A DNA stretch of 25,083 bases from the IMG/VR virus record IMGVR_UViG_3300027304_000003. The stretch is one strand, 5' to 3'. The notes beneath the pieces are model-generated. The model did not search any database. It was not told where the DNA came from and worked only from the letters and a program-made list of their open reading frames with translations. Source of the stretch: a virus (Duplodnaviria; Heunggongvirae; Uroviricota; Caudoviricetes). Each line of letters opens with the position of its first letter. The stretch's first letter is position 1. Shown one piece after another: positions 1 through 6,621 of the stretch. A program made the translations under genes and the position numbers.

Positions 1-804
1 CTCCAGTTTCTCTATAGGATCTGAAGACCAACAGAATTCCAATTCAGGAATGTTTTTTGTTTCTTTCTCTCTAAGCCAAACGTTCCATAGCACAGCCCAC
101 ATATCTGCACACCAGCTTTGAAACCCTTTGTCTTCATTTTTGAAGAATTCTTTATTTATATTCTGAAGGTAAACACGTATTAGTATACAGTCATTCATTA
201 CCTTCTTCCAAAACTCACTGTCTATATTCTTAAGGAAGTATTGAGCTCCTCCTGAGTGATCATTGTTAGCTTCAGCTATCTCTCTTGTTATACCCACTAA
301 GCTTGTAAGCTCAGCTAAGACATCTCTAGTTCTATACTCTTCCAGTTTGTCTGGTAGAACATCTCTTTCTTTACTATCAAAATATGAAGCGTTGATATAA
401 CTGTTTGTATCAGACAAGTAGTTTATATCATCATCTTTAAATTTATCTATATCAAACTTTTCTGTGAAGATTACATCACAATCACAGTAAAATACTGCTT
501 TGGATACCATCTCAGGATTGTCCTGGAAATATCTCATTAAGCAGTATGGACGTAGGATAGGAATATAAACTCCTAAATACTTACTTACATCTCCTGTATC
601 CTTGTAGAAAGCAAACTTTGCTTCTGGATACAGTTCCATGATCTTCTCCCACTTTCCATTGTATTCTCTAAAACTAGGTGTATACACTAAGACAATTGCC
701 TTGTCTGAATGTCCAAGCTTCTTCAAGCTTTCCAACCATAGATGTACCTGCCATGTGTAGTATACATCATCTGGCTGTGCACAGATAAATTTAAGATCCT
801 TCAT
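1..804 (-). CDS. Glycosyltransferase resembling plant hydroxyproline O-arabinosyltransferase / peptidyl-serine galactosyltransferase (HPAT GT95 / SERGT GT96-like, GT-A); runs off the left edge
   Basis: Not in the ORF track; translated by hand from ATG 804, open to base 1 (268 aa). Starts MKDLKFICAQPDDVYYTWQVHLWLESLKK; contains YIPILRPYCLMRYF, DxD motif YCDCDVIF, GGAQYFL and WCADMWAVLWN. Confidence 0.7.
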   Translation of the reverse strand, partial: MKDLKFICAQPDDVYYTWQVHLWLESLKKLGHSDKAIVLVYTPSFREYNGKWEKIMELYPEAKFAFYKDTGDVSKYLGVYIPILRPYCLMRYFQDNPEMVSKAVFYCDCDVIFTEKFDIDKFKDDDINYLSDTNSYINASYFDSKERDVLPDKLEEYRTRDVLAELTSLVGITREIAEANNDHSGGAQYFLKNIDSEFWKKVMNDCILIRVYLQNINKEFFKNEDKGFQSWCADMWAVLWNVWLREKETKNIPELEFCWSSDPIEKLE

Positions 805-831
805 ATATGTAGTTTATTGGTTTTCTCTTTA

Positions 832-969
832 TTAAGGAGCAGGTGTGGTAGTTGTTGTTGTTGTCCCACCTTTATATAATATACCTGTAAGATATTCTAA
901 TTGCTTAGATATCTGCCAAAGTAATTTAGACTTTTGACTCCAGCCTATTTGTTGTGAAGGTATTGCCAT
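832..969 (-). CDS. 45-aa micro-protein, paralogue of the N-terminus of the adjacent fibre, with a Thr7-Pro-Ala-Pro tail
   Basis: Hand translation [45 protein letters not shown]. Matches [25 protein letters not shown] of 980..1981. ATG lies 10 nt after the upstream stop in an A-rich context. Confidence 0.85.
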   Translation of the reverse strand: MAIPSQQIGWSQKSKLLWQISKQLEYLTGILYKGGTTTTTTTPAP

Positions 970-979
970 TTTATTTTAT

Positions 980-1981
980 TTATCCTACTTGATTTACTGT
1001 TACAATAAGACCAGGAATAGCAGGAATGTTTCCTGTAGCTGCAGCTGATTGAATAGTTATTCCATCATCTACATTACTATTTATTTCCCATTTAAGTTGT
1101 ACATATTCATTAGCACTTGTTGTCTTAAAGAAAAAGTTCCATGCTGGTACAACATATATAGAGTTGGAAGGAAATCCTATTTGTGAAGCACTATTAGGTA
1201 CACTTACACCATTTTGTGCTAACCAAATATGTATATGTGATGCAGTATTACCAGCAGTCTTTTGCATCTGTGCACTAAACGCTATACTATATACACCAGG
1301 ATTAGCTATTGTTATTTGATTACCAGAAACAATTGAAACACCACTGTTCCAAGAATCTGAATTATTAAGACCCATTGTAAGAACAGTTCCTGCAAGACCT
1401 GTTTGACTTGTAGTATCATAGAAAGATCCTAAATAACCACCAACAGCTCCATTAGCTCCACTAGTTCCAGCAGTTCCTGTAAGACCAGCTGTTCCAGCTG
1501 TACCACTTACTCCTGAACTTCCTGATTCACCTGATGTTCCTGAAGTACCATCTATACCAGAAGTACCAGTTTCGCCACTTGTTCCTGATGAACCATTATC
1601 ACCTGAAGTTCCAGCTGTTCCATTTATTCCACTAGTACCATCTATACCAGAAGTTCCATCAATTCCTGAAGTACCACTTGTTCCACTAACTCCATTAGTA
1701 CCACTAACTCCATTAGTACCACTGATACCATTAGTACCACTGATACCATTGGTACCACTGATACCAGACGTACCAGAAAGACCTGAAGTTCCAGACGTAC
1801 CTACAACACCACTAGTTCCTGATGTTCCTGATAAACCAGCAGCACCACTAGTACCAGACGTACCTGTTCCACCACCACCTGCGTTGTATGCAACACCATT
1901 TATAGCCTCTAATTGCTTAGAAATTTGCCACAAGAGGTTTTCTTCTGTTCCCCATCCTATCTGTCTGCTTGGTATAGCCAT
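980..1981 (-). CDS. Gly-Thr-Ser repeat virion fibre-like protein with C-terminal C1q/BclA-C-like beta-sandwich
   Basis: About 140 aa of G-X-Y (GTS/GIS/GTN), followed by [11 protein letters not shown]...[10 protein letters not shown]...IWLAQNG...AWNFF...YVQLKW...[13 protein letters not shown]. Confidence 0.8.
   Translation of the reverse strand: MAIPSRQIGWGTEENLLWQISKQLEAINGVAYNAGGGGTGTSGTSGAAGLSGTSGTSGVVGTSGTSGLSGTSGISGTNGISGTNGISGTNGVSGTNGVSGTSGTSGIDGTSGIDGTSGINGTAGTSGDNGSSGTSGETGTSGIDGTSGTSGESGSSGVSGTAGTAGLTGTAGTSGANGAVGGYLGSFYDTTSQTGLAGTVLTMGLNNSDSWNSGVSIVSGNQITIANPGVYSIAFSAQMQKTAGNTASHIHIWLAQNGVSVPNSASQIGFPSNSIYVVPAWNFFFKTTSANEYVQLKWEINSNVDDGITIQSAAATGNIPAIPGLIVTVNQVG
1445..1870 (-). repeat. 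Coding 9-bp-period Gly-X-Y array, including a near-perfect 18-bp tandem at 1683-1766
   Basis: Units ccattagtaccactaact / ccattagtaccactgata / ccattagtaccactgata / ccattggtaccactgata. Confidence 0.9.
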
Positions 1982-2000
1982 GATTGCGAAAATTAATGTT

Positions 2001-2030
2001 CAAAGATATGTTACTTTTTAATATTAACAA
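2001..2030 (-). promoter_or_regulatory. Bacteroidota-type housekeeping promoter TTG-N19-TATCTTTG
   Basis: Minus strand TTG at 2030-2028, 19-nt spacer, TATCTTTG at 2008-2001; about 20 nt upstream of ATG 1981. Confidence 0.75.
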
Positions 2031-2082
2031 TGAGTGTCAATAATTTACAATAACAATTTTAGTTATATGTGTTTTAACTTTT

Positions 2083-2253
2083 TTAGTTAGAGAATCTTCC
2101 ATCAATCTTCCACATGATTTCATTCCCTATTTTGGTCTCAAGCTCAGGATTTACCACACTTAAAGTAAGCATAGTGAGCTGAAAGCCTAACGCAAACACT
2201 ACCCAGGCAAACATAAGACGTACAAATACATCAATAAATTTTATATTTTTCAT
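2083..2253 (-). CDS. 56-aa single-pass membrane protein
   Basis: Hand translation MKNIKFIDVFVRLMFAWVVFALGFQLTMLTLSVVNPELETKIGNEIMWKIDGRFSN*; ATGA overlap with the upstream gene. Confidence 0.7.
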   Translation of the reverse strand: MKNIKFIDVFVRLMFAWVVFALGFQLTMLTLSVVNPELETKIGNEIMWKIDGRFSN

Positions 2254-2372
2254 CGTCCTTGTCTATTATAAGGTTTAGTTGCTTTGTCCTTAGGACCTTT
2301 AAACTTGGTAGCTTTGCCACATTTACGCTTACCAAATGTAATTTTTCTTGAATTACCTACTGATTTTGCCAT
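2250..2372 (-). CDS. 40-aa highly basic peptide
   Basis: Hand translation MAKSVGNSRKITFGKRKCGKATKFKGPKDKATKPYNRQGR*; fills the gap exactly between its neighbours. Confidence 0.7.
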   Translation of the reverse strand: MAKSVGNSRKITFGKRKCGKATKFKGPKDKATKPYNRQGR

Positions 2373-2378
2373 ATTGGT

Positions 2379-2783
2379 TTATTTTAAACTTTGAAACTGT
2401 ATTAGAATAATTGCTATTAATATAATCTTTTGAGCTAAATGGTATCTCTCCATATTATCTATACTACTTTCTCTTCTAAAGAAAATGTCTCTGTTAGCCT
2501 CATACTTCCATTTGTATTGCATTGCATCATAAAGCTTTCTTCCTAGACTGTCACATTTGTTCTGTAATGAGTCTATAATAAGTCTATTTGCCTGAGCATC
2601 AACCTTTAATGAATCTATTTGAAACTTATATTGTTTATATAATGTATTAATTGCATTCCCTTGTTCAATGGTCATTATCACCACAGAATCCCTACCTATC
2701 TTTCTTGTCTTTGGGTATTGGGAATAGGATGAAATTGCTACCAGTGTCAGAACTAACACTATCAAGAGCTGCTTTAACTTCAT
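2379..2783 (-). CDS. Secreted coiled-coil protein with C-terminal hydrophobic segment (lysis accessory / spanin-like candidate)
   Basis: Signal peptide MKLKQLLIVLVLTLVAISSYS|Q, heptad-rich middle, C-terminal IILIAIILIQF. Confidence 0.6.
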   Translation of the reverse strand: MKLKQLLIVLVLTLVAISSYSQYPKTRKIGRDSVVIMTIEQGNAINTLYKQYKFQIDSLKVDAQANRLIIDSLQNKCDSLGRKLYDAMQYKWKYEANRDIFFRRESSIDNMERYHLAQKIILIAIILIQFQSLK

Positions 2784-3033
2784 TTAATTCTATTTTGAGA
2801 GTGGTAACCTCTTCTTTAAGGTTGGTTATGTTTTGAACTGTTTCCTTTACAATCTTCTTTTGTGTCTCAGTAGCCTGAGCTTGAACCTGTAGACTTAGTT
2901 TATTATTTGTTTCAACTTTGCTAAGAAGCTCTTCAAACTCCCTGTCTTCTTGAATAGAGCTATCAATTTTTTGAGCAGTTGTAGTTTGGCATCCATAGAT
3001 GAGTGGTATTAATATGATTAATAAATATTTCAT
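2692..3033 (-). CDS. Lipoprotein with coiled coil (o-spanin candidate)
   Basis: MKYLLIILIPLIYG|C lipobox-like signal; long heptad region; second gene after the endolysin. Confidence 0.6.
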   Translation of the reverse strand: MKYLLIILIPLIYGCQTTTAQKIDSSIQEDREFEELLSKVETNNKLSLQVQAQATETQKKIVKETVQNITNLKEEVTTLKIELNEVKAALDSVSSDTGSNFILFPIPKDKKDR

Positions 3034-3335
3034 TAGTTAAGTTTTTTGATTGCTCCCAACTGTTGCAAAGTTTGCAACTGTGTAGTAGTTACAGCCTTAG
3101 CTGAATCACTAACTCTTAAAGATTCTTGTACTCTATCTAATCTAGTTTCTACCTTATCAATACGTACATTCTGAGAAGCTGCTTGCTCTTTGAATGTTGT
3201 ACGAACATCTACGTATAGGTATGAAATAGCAATGAGCACCAAGAAAAGGGTGCCCACTATTGGGTTTTTAGCAAACTCCTTAAAGCTTATTGGCAAAGGA
3301 TTTGCTGAGATGTTTGTTTCTTTTTTCGCTGCCAT
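3033..3335 (-). CDS. Single-TM coiled-coil protein (i-spanin candidate)
   Basis: TM PIVGTLFLVLIAISYLYV then amphipathic helix; 1-nt stop/start overlaps with the endolysin and the lipoprotein. Confidence 0.55.
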   Translation of the reverse strand: MAAKKETNISANPLPISFKEFAKNPIVGTLFLVLIAISYLYVDVRTTFKEQAASQNVRIDKVETRLDRVQESLRVSDSAKAVTTTQLQTLQQLGAIKKLN

Positions 3336-3940
3336 TATATACTACCATTTAAAAGGTTATTGTATTCATTGAAGTGTTTGATACGATCTGGAAGACCAAT
3401 TGTTCCACCATTAACACGTTTAGTCACCTTAGTAACTACTACGTCTGTAGCCCCCTCGTCAGCAATCTTATGTAATCCATTCTTATGGAAGAACCAAGCT
3501 GCAGATAAAAGTGGGTACTTTGTAGCTACAAGATCTGGAGTAGCTAGGATGTCATCTTCTACAGTCTTGTCAAAAGCTGTATAGTTATCCTTTCCTGTTA
3601 ACTGGATGTAACCACGTCCTCTAAACTTATAGCCTTCACCAGAAGCCTGAGGACCATTACCCATACGATTAGCATAAACAATGTTAGCAATCTTTTCAGG
3701 CTTGCGTTGGTACTCTTTAGCACTTTCAGGTGTAAAATACTTCTTAAAGATGCTCTGTAAACCAGCAGCACCATAGTTTAAGTTTTCTGTAACAACTTTG
3801 AATCCACCAGATTCATGTCCACATTGGGCCAAGAAATGAGCTAAACGCAAAGGTGTATTGATTTCAAACTTATCTAATACACCAGGGATCTGTGCAATCA
3901 CTGTATCAGGAACATGTCCTTTTAACTTGTCTATGTTCAT
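3335..3940 (-). CDS. Endolysin, glycoside hydrolase family 19
   Basis: RLAHFLAQCGHESGGF, ENLNY, YKFRGRGYIQLTGKDNY, AAWF and TKRVNGG are GH19 phage lysozyme motifs. Confidence 0.95.
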   Translation of the reverse strand: MNIDKLKGHVPDTVIAQIPGVLDKFEINTPLRLAHFLAQCGHESGGFKVVTENLNYGAAGLQSIFKKYFTPESAKEYQRKPEKIANIVYANRMGNGPQASGEGYKFRGRGYIQLTGKDNYTAFDKTVEDDILATPDLVATKYPLLSAAWFFHKNGLHKIADEGATDVVVTKVTKRVNGGTIGLPDRIKHFNEYNNLLNGSI

Positions 3941-3942
3941 AG

Positions 3943-4539
3943 TTATTTAATTTTCCAATAGCTATTAAATCCATATATAACTTGGCTATTGTTGTTTATT
4001 CCAATATGTAAACCAAATATCTTATCCTTCTTAGTTTTGTAAAGTACTCCCCCCTGTATAGTTTGAAGTTCTAGTTGTTTGGTGTTGGTGAATCCACCAC
4101 CAATAAATAGAGCCCCCTTAGGAGGAGTCTGTTTAGTGATGATGTTTGTCACAGTAATTGTTGGGATCTTATAGTTGTATTTATAAGACCTGTTCTGTAG
4201 CTCGTTTTTATGTACTGTATCAGCTACAGCTACATAGCCTAAGGTATCTAGCTTGACAGTGTCAGCGTAGATCTTCTTTGCCAAATGGGCAACGACCAAA
4301 GCATCATATTGTGCTTTAAGCTTAGGGTAGTTTGTGTCTGCTATATATTCTGGAGGTAGTGTGTCATGGATTATCTCTTTAACCTTTAACTTCTTGATAA
4401 TCAATAAGTCATGATGTATCCAGGCTGTATCGTGTAACGTTACAGTATCAGCTTTTATTTGAGGAGCATTACATCCTTTGTGTTGAAGAGCCACTGTAAA
4501 CAGTAAAGCCATTATTACAAATACTAGAATTTTATTCAT
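3943..4539 (-). CDS. Envelope protein with N-terminal hydrophobic anchor and C-terminal amphipathic beta-strands (lysis accessory candidate)
   Basis: N-terminal hydrophobic stretch then KGC; C-terminal GALFIGGGF...GGVLYK...IFGLHIG...VIYGFNSYWKIK. Confidence 0.55.
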   Translation of the reverse strand: MNKILVFVIMALLFTVALQHKGCNAPQIKADTVTLHDTAWIHHDLLIIKKLKVKEIIHDTLPPEYIADTNYPKLKAQYDALVVAHLAKKIYADTVKLDTLGYVAVADTVHKNELQNRSYKYNYKIPTITVTNIITKQTPPKGALFIGGGFTNTKQLELQTIQGGVLYKTKKDKIFGLHIGINNNSQVIYGFNSYWKIK

Positions 4540-4783
4540 TATCTTCAGTTTGGTTTTTCTTATTGATAAACTTGTCTACAGAAGCAATTCCAAAACAAGC
4601 TATAGTCAAAACTTTGAATGAGTCATATATGAACTCATTGACAACCAACTCTTTATGTAATGTGCCAGTAACAATGTCTGCAATTGCAAACACTACCATG
4701 ATTACAAAAGAAGCAAAGCCAATTACAGCTTTCTCATTGATTGTGTTATTGTCATCAAATAGATCAGAGAAGAACTTTTTCAT
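4532..4783 (-). CDS. Holin-like two-TM protein
   Basis: 83 aa, two hydrophobic helices (AVIGFASFVIMVVFAIADIV; VLTIACFGIASV), charged C-terminus, upstream of the endolysin. Confidence 0.6.
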   Translation of the reverse strand: MKKFFSDLFDDNNTINEKAVIGFASFVIMVVFAIADIVTGTLHKELVVNEFIYDSFKVLTIACFGIASVDKFINKKNQTEDNE

Positions 4784-5066
4784 ATTTCTGTTTTTTTAAT
4801 AGGTCTTTATTAGGCAATATAGCATAATATGAGGTCATTAGAGACTCCTTAACTGGAAGATTAGAATAAGGAAAACTAGTTGTAGTCTTATACAATTGTC
4901 TCTCTAGGTTGTCAATACGTGTCTTATCTACATTAGACTGAGCCATCAAAGCTTTGACGTCAGACTTGATTTCGTTTACATCATTCCAAATTAGCAGGGC
5001 CATTGCTGATGCTAGACTTGGAAATATCCACACTTTAAATGCGTTAATTGCAGGGGTTTCTCTCAT
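4764..5066 (-). CDS. Single-TM coiled-coil protein (holin/antiholin-like); likely start ATG 5066
   Basis: MRETPAINAFKVWIFPSLASAMALLIW then heptads DVNEIKSDVKALMAQ...RIDNLERQL. Confidence 0.55.
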   Translation of the reverse strand: MRETPAINAFKVWIFPSLASAMALLIWNDVNEIKSDVKALMAQSNVDKTRIDNLERQLYKTTTSFPYSNLPVKESLMTSYYAILPNKDLLKKQKYEKVLL

Positions 5067-5123
5067 AGCTATAAATAAAAATGCACCCAAGTTGGGTGTA
5101 GTGTTTAAGATATTTAGATTTAA

Positions 5124-5327
5124 TTACTTCAGACCATACTTGATCCACTTGTACCATATACGCTCATGGATAAAGTATTGGATGGGCTTATAGATAAGCT
5201 CAGCTACACCAAAGGCAGCTCCCACCCTTATAGAACCAGATATCCACCACATCAAAAGGAACCCTATTAGGGTACTGATTATCCTATAGCTAATAGTCTT
5301 AGCTACATGTCTTTTAATTAGGGGCAT
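5124..5327 (-). CDS. DUF2061-like small membrane protein; likely start ATG 5327
   Basis: KRHVAKTISYRIIST...AELIYKPIQYFIHERIW matches the recalled K-x-x-S-W/Y-R ... Y-x-HER-x-W pattern. Confidence 0.8.
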   Translation of the reverse strand: MPLIKRHVAKTISYRIISTLIGFLLMWWISGSIRVGAAFGVAELIYKPIQYFIHERIWYKWIKYGLK

Positions 5328-5374
5328 GCTTAGGGGCAAAACTAAGTAAAAAAGTTGAAACTACCAAATCTTTT

Positions 5375-5752
5375 TTAGTAGGGCTGATAGGACTTCTCCT
5401 CTACAAAATCAGAGCCAAACTTCATATTAATTTCTTTCTTAATACGTGCTCTTTCATCATTCAATTTGTATACATTTCTAGCAAAAGCTACAAACTCTTT
5501 ACCAAAGTCTTTAGCTCTCTCTAGGTCCCTGAGATCATCTTCCACCTTCCATAGCTCCTTGTTGATTTCAAACAAGTTTTTGGTAAGAGGGTAGTCAGTC
5601 ATCAATGGATCTTCTGTTTTAAGAACCTCTATAAGATATATTAATTCTTTCTTAACATTCTCTAACTTAGTAGGGTCCTGTATCTTAGATGCTTTGATCA
5701 TAAGTATAGTGTACTTGTCTACAATTTCTCCTAATGAAACTTCAATTTTCAT
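5375..5752 (-). CDS. DUF6165-like protein
   Basis: IEVSLGEIVDKYTILMIK...INKELWKVEDDLR...FARNVYKLNDERARIKKEIN...GSDFVEEKSY matches the recalled family pattern. Confidence 0.8.
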   Translation of the reverse strand: MKIEVSLGEIVDKYTILMIKASKIQDPTKLENVKKELIYLIEVLKTEDPLMTDYPLTKNLFEINKELWKVEDDLRDLERAKDFGKEFVAFARNVYKLNDERARIKKEINMKFGSDFVEEKSYQPY

Positions 5753-5775
5753 AGCAAAATGTTTTTTATTTTAAA

Positions 5776-5806
5776 CAAAAGTAGTACATTTGTAGTAAAT
5801 ATCCAA
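5776..5806 (-). promoter_or_regulatory. Leftward Bacteroidota-type promoter TTG-N20-TACTTTTG
   Basis: Minus strand TTG at 5806-5804 and TACTTTTG at 5783-5776; 23 nt upstream of ATG 5752. Confidence 0.6.
5785..5792 (+). promoter_or_regulatory. Rightward Bacteroidota-type -7 element TACATTTG for the enzyme operon
   Basis: Exact TAnnTTTG 17 nt upstream of ATG 5810; no clear TTG at -33. Confidence 0.6.
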
Positions 5807-5809
5807 GAC

Positions 5810-6244
5810 ATGATTATAGTTATTTTTGGGCAGCCTGGAGCTGGTAAAACCACCATAGCCCAACACTTTGTCAAAGACACCTTTCATCATATTGATGGGG
5901 ACATATTACGAGACATTTTCAAGAACAAAGATTATAGTAGGGAAGGTAGGATCAAGAACCTAAATAGAGCTAGTGATATAGCCACCTACATAAACTCTGT
6001 ATACTCAAATGTAGTGTTATCAGTGGTGTATCCTTATGAAGAATGTAGAGAGTATCTAAACAAATTAAATAAAGGTGTTAAATGGATCTATCTCATCTAT
6101 CAAGAAGATAGAGGAAAAGACCAATTTAAAGTGGAAGATTTTGAGCTTCCATATATGGATAATGTAGATTTAATTCTAAACACTTCAGTAGACTCAGTGG
6201 ATGTGTGTGCTGATAAAATTAAAAATGTATGCAGAATATTCTAG
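5810..6244 (+). CDS. cysC: Adenylyl-sulfate (APS) kinase-like P-loop kinase; likely start ATG 5810
   Basis: IIVIFGQPGAGKTT Walker A, IDGDILR, DYSREGRIKNL, VYPYEECR and FELP match CysC-type motifs. Confidence 0.8.
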   Translation: MIIVIFGQPGAGKTTIAQHFVKDTFHHIDGDILRDIFKNKDYSREGRIKNLNRASDIATYINSVYSNVVLSVVYPYEECREYLNKLNKGVKWIYLIYQEDRGKDQFKVEDFELPYMDNVDLILNTSVDSVDVCADKIKNVCRIF

Positions 6245-6621
6245 CAAAGGGTAATGGTAAAGGAAATGGTTGGGCTATGTTTATAGGTAGATGGCAACCA
6301 TGGCATGAAGGACATAGATGGTTAATTGATCAACAGTTAAACCAGGGAAAGAAGGTATGTATAGCTATTAGAGATATGGAAACTGATGAAAAGAATCCAT
6401 ACTCAGCAATTCAAGTAATGATGAATATCACCAATGAATTAATAGATCTTGTAGAAGAGGGTATGATAAGAATCATGATTGTTCCTGATATAGAAAGTAT
6501 TAATTTTGGACGTGGTGTTGGCTATGATATCATTGAACATATTCCTCCTGCAGAAATACATGACATCTCAGCAACAAAAATTAGAGAACAAATGAATAAG
6601 AATGAAGAAGATATTTTATAA
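6229..6621 (+). CDS. Small HxGH nucleotidyltransferase (cytidyltransferase-like / ATP-sulfurylase superfamily)
   Basis: FIGRWQPWHEGH, ENPY-like KNPY, and C-terminal ISATKIR. Confidence 0.85.
   Translation: MQNILAKGNGKGNGWAMFIGRWQPWHEGHRWLIDQQLNQGKKVCIAIRDMETDEKNPYSAIQVMMNITNELIDLVEEGMIRIMIVPDIESINFGRGVGYDIIEHIPPAEIHDISATKIREQMNKNEEDIL

Noticed and set aside
5318-5338. 12-nt-period direct repeat TTAGGGGCA at the DUF2061-like start
   Set aside because: Only two short copies; could be a chance micro-duplication, with no recurrence noticed elsewhere.
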